Source: Candidatus Atabeyarchaeum deiterrae
GTDB taxonomy: Archaea; Asgardarchaeota; Atabeyarchaeia; Atabeyarchaeales; Atabeyarchaeaceae
Reading direction: 5' to 3'
Length of the DNA: 64,000 nt
Assembly: GCA_037310415.1 (NCBI GenBank)
Contig: CP147780.1
Coordinates: 96,001-160,000 of the forward strand
Below are positions 9,330-20,034 of the stretch, one piece after another. Position 1 is the first letter of the stretch, and the number at the start of each line of letters is the position of its first letter. The notes beneath the pieces were generated by a model. The model worked only from the letters and a program-made list of their open reading frames with translations, was not told the DNA's origin and ran no database searches. A program made the position numbers and the translations under genes.

Positions 9330-10307
9330 GTGATGTGTGTTCGAGGACCGATGAAGGCAGAAGATAGTCGATTGGCAGGTCTCATGAAGGCCTTGTCAAT
9401 ATTGGGATTGGATGACAACTGGGCGACGTCGGTAATTGCGTTTTGTGGAATGGAGAACGCGATCAGAAAGAAACTCGAGATGCTGGGTGGCGATCCGGGA
9501 AAACATGATTTTCAGAAGGCTACCGACGCACTTGTCGAGAGGATAAGAGAGGATGGTGATAACCCGCCTGACATCTTGATATCCTTAGCTAAGGCCTATC
9601 CTGAAATTCGTGGAAAGCTGGTTCACTGGGGCTATAGGAATTCCTTATACGAAACTGAATGTCATAGCATTGTCACGAATACTGTTGATCTAGTGAGAAC
9701 GCTGTTCGAATTGATGCCAGAGAAAGGACGGTCGTACGAACTGGCCGAGAGTCTTCTTGATTCAGATAGCAGTGAGTTGGCGCAGAAGGTTGAGCAACTC
9801 AATTCCTCGGAAAAGAAGGAGTCTATTCCGCATCTCCTTGAGAAGTTTTCTCTGCTTGAACCCGGTCAACCCCACTATTGGAAAAGGAGAGAAAAGGTAA
9901 ACAAAGCAGTGCGAACACTCTTCAAATCTCTTGAAACAAGCGATATGGTTTCTCTCCTTGACAGCGTAATTCGACAGTACTCTACAGTTGCACCAGAGCT
10001 CGTTATGGGAATGATAGGCGATACCTGTAGTATGTCTGCAATCATCACGTTCCTTAAGGAAAAAGGCTACATTGGCTGGATCGTGTCTCACTTTGCTAGG
10101 AGCGATAGTTATGATGCGGCAACAGCGAACGCGAACGTAATTGCAAAGATAAGTCACGTTCTTAGTGATTCTCAGATCAAAGAAATTCTTACTGCAATAG
10201 CTGAAAATGGTCAAATAAATGACTCTTGGGGAGCTCAGAAAGAACTCAGGGATTTCATTGCCTTGTACAAAAACAGAGTCGATAAACACTTATCGAAAAG
10301 GTTCTAG
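9330..10307 (+). CDS. HEPN-like N-terminal domain plus helical C-terminal domain
   Basis: MENAIRKKL...EIRGKLVHWG (Rx4H). C-terminal SDSYDAA...LSDSQIKEILTAIAENGQI module. Confidence 0.55.
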   Translation: MMCVRGPMKAEDSRLAGLMKALSILGLDDNWATSVIAFCGMENAIRKKLEMLGGDPGKHDFQKATDALVERIREDGDNPPDILISLAKAYPEIRGKLVHWGYRNSLYETECHSIVTNTVDLVRTLFELMPEKGRSYELAESLLDSDSSELAQKVEQLNSSEKKESIPHLLEKFSLLEPGQPHYWKRREKVNKAVRTLFKSLETSDMVSLLDSVIRQYSTVAPELVMGMIGDTCSMSAIITFLKEKGYIGWIVSHFARSDSYDAATANANVIAKISHVLSDSQIKEILTAIAENGQINDSWGAQKELRDFIALYKNRVDKHLSKRF

Positions 10308-10439
10308 ACATCCTCAAACGGAGATAGTCGCCTCCGCGCAGAGCGGGCCACCCGACTAGAGGAAGTTCTCGATCCCTCTAACCTGCAAAATCGATGGACT
10401 CAAAGCTTCGACTTGGATCAACCTTCTCTCGGTGCGACT

Positions 10440-13400
10440 TCAGCTGAGAATCCTCTTGCCTGGATCTTTCTATCTGGGTCTATAATAGGTATCCTCTTGC
10501 CTCTGTTATATGGAAAAGTGTATTTCGTTCTGATTTATTCTTCTATCTTGACCAACTTGTGGAACAATGCCCTTGTCTAGATCATATAGCATTTCGAAAT
10601 CTTCCTAGGTCTTGTACGCACCGCGCCAGCATTCGGTGGATGTCCCAAACGAGTGCGGAAAGGTTTTCGGAATGCTATTGCTATTCCCGAGGGAGGCCAC
10701 CTTTTCGTCCGACTTCGACCTTCATTCTAAGCGGTTATCTGGGGCATAAATATGATTTGTCTCCAACATTGCTTCGACATCTACCTTCCTGAAGGAAATG
10801 CACCTTGCCACTAATGTCTTCGAATCACGCCAGCGATGAAGTACCCATCGTTTTCCCCCTGAGGTACGGGGGGTTTGCCGCTCTCGCAGGCGTATCTGTT
10901 TCCAGTTTGCCACACACTTATCCAAGCCCTGGCAGCAAACTCACTCAAGACGTTGAAGGAATATTGTCTTCAAGGGAGGATCTTGGCTCTTACTCGACAG
11001 GCTTCCTAACCTCCTTGAGAAAACTCAATGAGGAGCTGGTCTTTGAGGCCCAAGTTGCGAAAGCAAAGGTCTCAGTATTCTTCTACGTCGTCGTAACTTC
11101 GAGAAGCCTGAAGAAAGCGATGAGGCGCGCAATTTCTGCTGTACAGGGGATACGTGGGGCTCTAGGTGGAGCCTATGGCAAGAATGTGGAAGTTAGAGTT
11201 CTGAATCGAGAGGAACTCGTCTCCGCAATGAGTAACAGCTTAGCAGGATCGCTGGCACCAAGAATAAGGCTCATGAAGAAGGATGAAGAAAGGAATCAAG
11301 GATTTTATGGTCATGGGATGGTAGCAGAAGTTGATGCATTCGATCAAAACGATGGTTATCCCATCAACACTGGGACGGATGTCAAGTATCTGGGGGTCTT
11401 GGAGCTTGAGGAGGGGCTTCCTGCACTCAAGGCGAGTGACCGTGAAAACCAGATAAGTAGGCTGATCAACAGCTTACTCGAATTGGAGATCGCTAATGCT
11501 AGCTTCATCGTGAATCTCAAACCTCACAAGATCTCATTCCTAAGAAAGCACTCTGCCAGAGGAAAAGCGAAGACATTGATGTTTGGTCATGATCTGAAGG
11601 ACAGCCTGCGGTCATTTCAGGACTTCTTAGGCGACGAGAAGACCGTTAGAGAGCTAAATGAAATCAGGTATGGGGAGTGGTCTGGCTATTGGAAGGTGTC
11701 AGCCCACGTAGTCTTGGATTCGAAAAGCGCTCTAGGTGTTCTCAGGAGTCTGGAGACGGTCAAGGCATCCTTAACAAGCATATTCTCTGATCCACATTTC
11801 GCGATTGAACTGAGGGCACTGAAAGGAGGGGAACTAGTCAGAGCCTTGCGCAACCTCCTTCTCAGAAGACTGAACTCTAGTAGACCAGTGGAGATGTCGA
11901 GTGTCCGTTTGTCTGCTTTTGTTCACATGCCGACTCAAGCATACCCTGGAATAGAACGCAGAGAGCTACCTGAATTTGAGGTTCCCAGACCTATTAGTGA
12001 GTCTAACGGTGACATGTTGATCCTTGGCAAGGTATTACATGGAGATAGGGAACTGTATCCTGTTGGCGTCGAGCTTAGGGACTTGACGTTGAACATGGTT
12101 GTCGTGGGACACATCGGCTCAGGCAAGACCATGTTCGTCTCACAGCTACTTCTCAACCTATGGGATGCCAATCCAAAGATCGGCTGGCTTGTCTTCGATG
12201 TAAAGGGAGAGTATACGCCAATAGCCACACTTCTTCCTAGATCGGTCGCGATCTACAGACCTGGCGACGAAGCTCTACCGTTAGAGCTTAACATATTTGA
12301 TCATGGGGTTGACGACGCCGAAAGCCATGCGTTGAAGCTTTTCGCCACACTAAGAGACACACTGTCTTCACTATTCGAGAGCGGAACGGAGCTCTCACCT
12401 CAGATGGAGCGACTATGCAGAGAGGCACTCGTCAAGACTGTAGCTGACCCTGAGCGGTGGAGCTTCGAAGGCTTCTACACATCTCTTGAGGATCAAGCTG
12501 AACTCATGGAGTCACACACTCCCACGATCCACTCGTCACTTGAAGCAATAAAGAATAGGGTTGAGAAGTTTAGACACGGAGTACTGAGAAAGGTCTTCGA
12601 TTCGGGGTCGACGAACATAGATTTCAACGAGATCACTCGCAATAAGCTGATAATTGACCTCAGCTATCTCCTCTCCAATGGCGGAACTAAAGATGATGTT
12701 AGGCTACTGATGAATGTCGTCCTGAAGAACATGTTTGATATGGTTATGAAGCTGGGACTCAGCAGAGCACTTTGACACATCCTTGTTGTGGAGGAAGCTG
12801 GGCTTCTCGTCCCTGAAGTGTTTTCAAGAAAAACAAGTAGTGAAACAACTCCAGCTGAAGACATAGTCTTGGTTGAAAGGGCTCTGGGCGAGGGGATGAT
12901 TTTGGTTTCACCGAGACCAACCATATCGGAGAACATCTTAGCAAACAGTGGAACGAAAGTCATTTTCAAGTGTCCATACGACTCGAAAAGGGTGGCGAGG
13001 TTTCTTAACCTCAGCGAGCAACAGGAGATGTTTCTGAAAGTGCTTCCGAGGAGAGAGGCAATAGTAACGGTACCGGACTTTCCGTATCCCTTTCGGATCA
13101 GAACACTTGACTCCACTTTGTCAACTCTGGCTACTGCAAGCTTGAAAAGCGCTGAGCCCTCGACCATTGCCTACCACAATAGGCAAGACAACCGCCTGCC
13201 ACTCAAGGAAGACGAGGATTGCATGGACGAGATCAGCATCAATGAGGAGCACAATAGCGAAAGCAACTACGACAGTAATGCATCAGTGTCTGAGAAGGAT
13301 GCCTTCATTAGTAACTCTTCCATCAATAATCGTGGCGTCGATCAGCCAAACAAGGGAGACTTGGAAAGGCTTCTGAAGAAAGGCATCGACTCTGATAGGT

Positions 13401-13699
13401 TCAAAGTCTTCAAAGCTGTGGCATTAAGAAACCCAGATCCTGTTGAGGCTTCAATAATAGTTGAAGAGGAACTCGGCGGGCAATGGTGGAGGCTCTTAGA
13501 TGCATACAGAAGCTTGCAGGATACCAGATTGTGGAAACAACCACTTATAAGAAAAGTTCGCAGTGGACCGATTGAAAGGAATGAGGATGAATGTGTCGCC
13601 TTTCAACTCACGGAGTATGGGGACAAATTCTGGAAGGCATTTACGGTTGAACCGACGACAGAGTCCAGAAGGCCACACCTACCCGATCGTATTACGTAG
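10440..13699 (+). pseudogene. HerA/VirB4/TrwB-like (DUF87) ATPase, disrupted
   Basis: Walker A GHIGSGKT and FDVKGEY. An in-frame TGA at 12773-12775 lies just before Walker B (AL*HILVVEEA). The upstream TM-coding region 10440-10800 has stops and frameshifts. Confidence 0.8.
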
Positions 13700-14147
13700 C
13701 AGGAACCGTATCCTCATCGATGGCCAAGAATCTAGCGCAGCTCAAGGTCATACCACTAGTTTCTCAATTCGTGGAAGAACTCACGGTTTCGCCGTTCCCT
13801 ATCGTCAGCCGCTGTCTACGTGACGTAGCCATCAAATAGTCCTCTTCGGGTCTTGTAACCGCCCCTCAAGAAAATGGCATCGTCCCGGCATCCTATGCTT
13901 TGGCGAGCAGTCTCTCCAGTGCGAGCTTCGCATTCATTGCGTAATGTATTTAGCACACTTATGGCAGTGACCTTAGATGTGTCGGCTCCGGATGGTCTTG
14001 GGCGTGGGGGGCTTGAGCCGCAAAGTGTATCGCAAGAGGAAGATTGTTCGGATTCTAACCTGTCAAATAGGATTTGGCAGGCAAGTCTGATGAAATGTAG
14101 GGAAAAGTATATTGTCTCGCTTGGTCGCGGAATCTGAGGTGTGACAA

Positions 14148-15869
14148 ATGGTAGGAATAGAGTATTGTCCCGTAATTGGTGGAAAGTGCAGTAAAACTGT
14201 GGCCATGAAGCTTGAGAAAGACACCTTCTTCCTTGCAGAAGCCTTCAATCCTGATGAAGACAGAAAGAGGAGAGAGTTCGCCATAACGAACGTACTCATG
14301 GAGGAGTTCAAAAGCGGATTCCATGAGGGGTCTCTCAAAATAGCAGACAAGGACCCAAGCAATCCCTCATTCTTCTGCGATATATGTCGTATGATTCAGT
14401 GCAGCGCCTACGGGATCGCCGACATAAGTGGGCTGAACCCAAACGTCATGCTGGAACTGGGTATGATGCTAGCTCTGGGCAAGCCAGTCTTCGTCTTAGT
14501 AAGAAGGGGTGAAGAAGAGAATCTCGGCACGATACTCCCTTCAGACATCGCCGGCAGGAGAGTCGTTCCATACAAGGAGTACATAGACATCCAAAAAGAC
14601 TTCGCAAAGCATCTTCAAAATCGTCCTCAGATTGAACCATTGCCCATACCTGCGGAGGAAGCCAGAAAAACGCTCGCCGACATTGCTCCCAACGCACTTA
14701 TCGCCGTGGATAAAAAGATTCAAGAAATGCAGAAGAACCTGCAGGCACTTATAGAGCGGACAGAGCTCATGGGGGTGGTAACGAGTAAAAGCGAAGTTAA
14801 AGTACCTGCCTCTCTTGAGAAGCAGATAGGCGAAGTAAACGAGAAACTTGAAAGAATGGAGACGCTTCTTGGGCAACCCCAAGACTCCAAATCGGCTTTC
14901 TACAGGGGAAACTGGTATTCCAACAGGAAGGCATACGAAAAAGCGATACAATCCTACGACTGGGCACTAACCCTCAAACCAGATGCCTATCAGGTTTGGA
15001 ATAACAAAGGTAACGCACTGATCAACCTTGGGAGGCCTGAAGAAGCAATAAAGTGCTTCGACAAAGCCATCCAGCTAAAACAAGATGCCTATCTAGTTTG
15101 GAATAACAAAGGTGCCGCACTAGGCAAGCTTGGTAAGAATGAAGAAGCCTTAGAGTATTTCGACAAAGCCATCCAGCTAAAACAAGACTATGAAAACGTT
15201 TGGAACAACAAGGGTGCCGTACTGATCGACCTCGGGAGGCCTGAAGAAGCAATAAAGTGCTTCGACAAAGCGATAGAACTGAAAAGCGACGATGAAGAGG
15301 CCTGGAGTAACAAAGGTGTCGCACTAGGCAAGCTTGGTAAGAATGAAGAAGCCTTAGAGTATTTCGACAAAGCCATCCAGCTAAAACTGGATTGCATTGG
15401 CGCCTGGGTTAACAAAGGCGCCTCTCTAGTCAAGCTTGGAAGGCTGGACGAAGCAAGAAGCTGCTTCGAGAAATCTCTGAAGATAGACCCGAGCGACATT
15501 ACCGCCTTGACGGATCTCTCAGAGGCTCTGCTTATCCTGGGGGAACCAAAGGAGGGGTTGGAGGTGGCGGAGAAGGCACTGACCCTAGCGAAGGAGCCTG
15601 AAGACATCGTTGTATTACGGTTCTTATGCGTCTCAGCCTGCTTCCTCAAAGGTGAGAATGAGAGAGTTCAAGAGAAGCAGGAGGAACTGACGGTCTATTT
15701 AAAGGGCCTCAGGGAGGGTTTTAAGGTTGCCAGGTGGGATTTCTCTGATCTGCTTCCAACAATACAGAAGTTGGATACGGAAGACAGGGAGAAGTTGCTC
15801 TCACTTATGTCTCTACTCAAAGGAGAGATTAACGTCACAGAGTTCGAACAGAAGACTAGAAATCAGTAG
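14148..15869 (+). CDS. Nucleoside 2-deoxyribosyltransferase/TIR-like domain plus coiled coil plus TPR array
   Basis: ICRMIQCSAYGIADISGLNPNVMLELGMMLALGKPV motif. About 7 TPRs (WNNKG..L..LG..EEA...FDKAI). Confidence 0.85.
   Translation: MVGIEYCPVIGGKCSKTVAMKLEKDTFFLAEAFNPDEDRKRREFAITNVLMEEFKSGFHEGSLKIADKDPSNPSFFCDICRMIQCSAYGIADISGLNPNVMLELGMMLALGKPVFVLVRRGEEENLGTILPSDIAGRRVVPYKEYIDIQKDFAKHLQNRPQIEPLPIPAEEARKTLADIAPNALIAVDKKIQEMQKNLQALIERTELMGVVTSKSEVKVPASLEKQIGEVNEKLERMETLLGQPQDSKSAFYRGNWYSNRKAYEKAIQSYDWALTLKPDAYQVWNNKGNALINLGRPEEAIKCFDKAIQLKQDAYLVWNNKGAALGKLGKNEEALEYFDKAIQLKQDYENVWNNKGAVLIDLGRPEEAIKCFDKAIELKSDDEEAWSNKGVALGKLGKNEEALEYFDKAIQLKLDCIGAWVNKGASLVKLGRLDEARSCFEKSLKIDPSDITALTDLSEALLILGEPKEGLEVAEKALTLAKEPEDIVVLRFLCVSACFLKGENERVQEKQEELTVYLKGLREGFKVARWDFSDLLPTIQKLDTEDREKLLSLMSLLKGEINVTEFEQKTRNQ
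14997..15506 (+). repeat. 102-bp tandem TPR-coding repeats, A-B-A-B pattern
   Basis: TGG unit starts at 14997, 15099, 15201, 15303 and 15405. Units 1/3 and 2/4 share long identical stretches. Confidence 0.9.
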
Positions 15870-16163
15870 GTGCATGATTCTGGCAAGGACGCAGAGTCGG
15901 TTCTGATTAAGGTTGGAGCAGTAAAGGCAGAAATGGCGTGCGCTGCAGGGGAACCTCCCCCGAGCTATGGATTCGATATGTGAACATGCTATCAGACAAC
16001 TAAGACTTGCTACTGCAGTTTTGAGCACATCTGACTCGGCAACATACCACCTTCTTGGGAGTCGATATATGAATTTATCAGGAGCGGATTTCTTGGGGTT
16101 ATTCTGACTGCTAGTATGACAACGTTCGAATATGGTCAAGTTGTCTTTGACAAGATTCAAATG

Positions 16164-16814
16164 CTATGGGTGAACACTCAGAAGACTCTGATAGACAAGC
16201 AATAGATGGACAATTGCTGTTACAGCAAGCAATACCCCAACTACACTCCAGAATCGTATTGGACTTATCCTGACAATGCGATAGCCTTTGTATGCACGCT
16301 CCCTCAAGTATCGATGGGCAGTGATGTCGATTAGTGCCTCAAGCGAATGGATCCGTGGATAACTAGAAACATTAAGCCGACGAGCGCGAGAGTAGAAGTA
16401 CAACCAACCAACGTAGCATGTCCCGGCTACAGCCATGAGCAAAGTTTTATTGATCAGGAGCGTAAGATCCTGTGGGATAGAGTTGTAGATGATCGTGTAA
16501 GCAACTATTAGGAAGGATACTGGCACGAAGAATGGCCCCAGCATGAACGTTTGATGGGATCGTTCATCGATCTGTTGAGAAAGAAAACTATGTTCCAACT
16601 TGTAGCCATCTAGCAGCTCTTTCCGATTGTGACTTCTTGACTTTTGAAATAGCTCTCTTATCAAATCGCCCACGCATCTTTCCACTTCTTTCCTGTATTG
16701 TTCGTCTTCTTCCTTCGTTTCTGTTCTGCGCCAGAAGCTACATAATCTTTCCACAAAAGGTACTAGCTCGTCCCCAGTGGTTAGATTTTGTTGGTTTGCA
16801 TGCCTTTCTCCCAA
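16164..16814 (-). CDS. Hypothetical 3-TM membrane protein
   Basis: 216-aa ORF with TM segments and a TATA-like element upstream. Confidence 0.65.
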   Translation of the reverse strand: MGERHANQQNLTTGDELVPFVERLCSFWRRTETKEEDEQYRKEVERCVGDLIRELFQKSRSHNRKELLDGYKLEHSFLSQQIDERSHQTFMLGPFFVPVSFLIVAYTIIYNSIPQDLTLLINKTLLMAVAGTCYVGWLYFYSRARRLNVSSYPRIHSLEALIDITAHRYLRERAYKGYRIVRISPIRFWSVVGVLLAVTAIVHLLLVYQSLLSVHP

Positions 16815-17026
16815 TGTATCAGCCCCACCCCAGTTGCAGTCAGATAGAACTCGGTGAGAGTATGAGAAGCCAAGTATATAAGAAGATGCGTTCTACTCGA
16901 TAATTAGCTCTTCTCTGGACTGCAGCGGGACTTGGAGGTAAGTCTTGGTTACGGACTTGTCCCAATTCTCGAAGGGGGGAAGCCACAACATAAGGGAAGG
17001 ACTTTCAGATCAGAAGGATACGACAC

Positions 17027-17806
17027 ATGGACCAACAGAAGAGAAGGAAGCTCAACGCAAACAAGGATACAGCGCTGCGTTCGATGGCATCCCGTTTGAA
17101 GAAACTTGAGAGATCGATCGAGGAAAAAGGCACTCTCTCATCTTTTGACAGCGCCTTTCTATTTACATTTACGATAATCGCTTTTCTCTATGCCATATTG
17201 AACATATATTTCGGTTCACTCACTGGGTTTACGTTTATACCTCTGCTTGTCCTCATCATATGCATGTATCCTTTCTACATCGGTGTCTATCACGGAATAA
17301 TGCAAAACGACATCTACGAGAGACTCGCTGCGTGGCAGTTCCTCTTTCTGCTTATCATGTTGGTCTGCTGCTTGCTAGGTGGATATGGTAGCATTTTCAC
17401 AGTCATGACGATAGTCAAATTCCCTCAGGTATTTCCATCTGACCTCTGGGGAAGTGTCATGGTTATCGTGATCATGATAGTAGTCCTGCTTATTTTCTTC
17501 GTATTTGCGATGCTTCTGCCGGCTTGGAATGGGCTACTGGAAATCTATGGCAAACGTCTTGGGGACAGGGAATTGGATGAGCAAGAAAGGAGGAGGACTT
17601 TTTCGGGTCATGCTTTTATAGGGGCATCCTACTTGTCAATCACTTATCTGTTTGCAGTGAACGCGCTCATAGAAATGTACAACAGTGCCATCCCGGTCAT
17701 CCGCATTGCAGCGATTGACCCATTTACAAACTTCGTTGCGATCTTGATATTCCTAGTGGTATGGGCCATCTTCTACTTGGGTATACGATTCTACAAGGAT
17801 TGGTAG
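17027..17806 (+). CDS. Hypothetical polytopic membrane protein (possibly C-terminally truncated)
   Basis: About 6 TM segments. A further TM-like frame (IVVMAVITGLMALLCWKLG) continues to about 18012 after disruptions. Confidence 0.65.
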   Translation: MDQQKRRKLNANKDTALRSMASRLKKLERSIEEKGTLSSFDSAFLFTFTIIAFLYAILNIYFGSLTGFTFIPLLVLIICMYPFYIGVYHGIMQNDIYERLAAWQFLFLLIMLVCCLLGGYGSIFTVMTIVKFPQVFPSDLWGSVMVIVIMIVVLLIFFVFAMLLPAWNGLLEIYGKRLGDRELDEQERRRTFSGHAFIGASYLSITYLFAVNALIEMYNSAIPVIRIAAIDPFTNFVAILIFLVVWAIFYLGIRFYKDW

Positions 17807-18023
17807 GTGACTGGTGATTTGGGTCTATTTGTTTTGGCCATTTAACGTGGGTTCGTCAACCTGTGTCAAGACCCCCGAGTCTCTCAAGTGGCTTCTTCTC
17901 TTCTCCAACCAATAGGATCGTAGTGATGGCTGTGATAACTGGACTGATGGCGCTCCTATGTTGGAAACTAGGCAAAATCTTTGCTGTCTGGATTCGATCC
18001 GGATTTTCGTGAAGGGCGACTCG

Positions 18024-18120
18024 CACTCGTGGGCTTCATATGAGTAGCGCCCAGACCGTGATAATGAAGAAGGGTGAGTATTGGCGGATGTGGAACAGCC
18101 TAGAGACCGACTGTAAACCA
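18024..18120 (+). repeat. Dispersed relic repeat, copy 1 (short)
   Basis: cactcgtgggcttcatatgagtagcgcccagaccgtgataatgaagaag aligns with 19366 and 26676. Confidence 0.75.
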
Positions 18121-18280
18121 GGAAACTACCAGGAACTTTGACGAGCTCTCTCTTCCCTGGACACGTTATTCAGCCTTATAATGCACCTAAGGTTGATCAT
18201 CAGTCATGTGTCTCTGTCCGCTACCACCAATCTGTAAGACTGTAGCCCCTTCTAATCTAGTTTTGGGGTTGAAATGAGAG

Positions 18281-19221
18281 ATGACTTCTCGAGGTCATAT
18301 GCTGGAGTTGCGCGGAATGCAAGGTGACTCAAAGAGAAGTGAATCCCGAGACGAGTTTCCAACTAGGCGGGATCTATCTGTGAAGGAAATACTGACGAGG
18401 TTCAAAGGGCTCCTGGGAGAGATGGGCGTCCAATACGGTTCTCTCACGATTAATAAGATAGGCGAGACATGGCCGGCCAAAATCAGTGTTGACGGGCAGA
18501 GGAATATTAAGCTTCTCTTCAACCCTAGCATGCTGCAATACTTGACCGTGAAGCAGGTTGATTCACTGCTTTATCATGAAGCTTGCCATGCTGTGGCGTT
18601 GCCAGCTACGGTTATGCCATGTGTTGATGGGGGTGCGCCGATTCCGCTACTGACGGACTACTTTGATTGCTATGCGGAGTACCTCGCGCATGTCGAGTTC
18701 TTGAAGAGGTACAGGGCGACTGAAATTCACGAGGGGCTAAGTAAGGTACACCTCTGGCTTCTCGATAACATAGAGATGATCATACGGTACTTGAGGCAGG
18801 AACTGGATCCAGATCCGAGCATTCGGTTAGGAGAGGATGCGTTTCAGATGAGGGAACCTTCCTCTTTTCCATAGTGTATGACTCAATGTTCTTCTTCGCA
18901 GCAGGAGATAATGCGTTTCTTGATAGGTGCCGTAGTCTGAATGTCGTAGGTTTACACAGGTTCATCGAGTGGGTTTACGAGGATTTCGAGTACATCAGGA
19001 AACTTGCTCTGCCACTTGAGACAATGATGGACGCAGTAATCTTTTCCGGTAGGCTGAGTAGTTGCATCGAGCCTCGTTTGCTCATGTTGCGCGGCGAGAT
19101 CGTGTTTTACCCAGATATTCTGCAGTTCATACAAATCGGAACACGAGCAAATGTGAAGTGGACAACCGATCTGGCTACAGCCTGGCAGGAGAGACTACCT
19201 TGCCAGACCCAACAAACCTGA
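18281..19221 (+). pseudogene. Frameshifted HEXXH zinc-metallopeptidase-like gene
   Basis: LLYHEACH motif followed by a downstream AEYLA. ORFs 18281..18874 and 18874..19221 join by a frameshift near 18845 (SDEGTFLFSIVYDSMFF). Confidence 0.65.
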
Positions 19222-19365
19222 TAATGACGAGGGTGACCCCTAAATGCGTTTGACATGAAAACAGTCTGGGCAACCCCGCTGCGCCAAGCTGCACAGTCGT
19301 CTGAACTCGATGGCCCTCACTTGCCACTATTGTGCGCTTCCCCGTTTTCCCGAAGTGAGCTATGT

Positions 19366-19760
19366 CATTCGTGGGCTTCATATAGGGAGCATCCAGACCG
19401 CGCTGATGAAGAAGCGTAAACATTGAAGGACGAAGATTGAGTCCAGAAACCCGATGTCAACCAACCTCATGCGACAATGCTGCTACAATGGCAGGGATGA
19501 ACCTTCGACCAAATCACTCGGCAACCAAGAAACCGAGAAAGAAACAGACGCTTATTGGCGCTAAACTGGAAGGGTGAAATGTCAGAGGCGATGTGAGTTA
19601 TACACAGAGAATGCATGCCCTCCGCTAGTCGCTGGAATCTGAAGGAAAGCGTTAGGACATCTTTGGGGAAAACACCCAACACAATGAATAACCTCTTCTA
19701 CGAAACAAAGTAAACCCACCAAACTCCTCCCCGAATTCGTTCCTCAACAAACACCCTCTT
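19366..19760 (+). repeat. Dispersed relic repeat, copy 2 (about 400 bp; decayed promoter plus wHTH-like gene)
   Basis: Shares atgaaccttcgaccaaatcac, gggtgaaatgtca, aggaaagcgt.aggaca.ctttggggaaaaca.ccaacacaa and cctcaacaaacaccctctt with 26676-27077. Confidence 0.85.
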
Positions 19761-19836
19761 TCGTTGGCGGTAGCACGAGACCCCGAAAAATCAATATAGG
19801 TGTCATTCCAACTCAATCGCCAGAGGAGGGGTTAAG

Positions 19837-20034
19837 ATGAGAAACACCCAACAGAAGATGCCAAATAAATTTCTGACCAAGCTACACAAAGGCTCGTCAA
19901 CGGAAGATATTGAGAGGGCATTGTTTGAGAGATTTTCGAAGGGCCCGCGAGACAACAAGAAAATCAGTGGCGAGATCGAGGAGTTTGTGAAGACCCTGCC
20001 AGACAAAGACATCATGATCGAGGTACATTCATGA
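19837..20034 (+). CDS. Small hypothetical protein coupled to the MFS gene
   Basis: SD GGAGG upstream. ATGA overlap with the MFS start. Confidence 0.45.
   Translation: MRNTQQKMPNKFLTKLHKGSSTEDIERALFERFSKGPRDNKKISGEIEEFVKTLPDKDIMIEVHS

Noticed and set aside
12773-12775. In-frame TGA as selenocysteine or programmed readthrough
   Set aside because: The position corresponds to a basic residue before Walker B, not a Cys. The gene has other lesions, and most other genes end normally at TGA, TAG or TAA.
14997-15506. Regular repeats as a CRISPR array
   Set aside because: These are in-frame 102-bp TPR-coding units with no unique spacers, and no cas genes are present.
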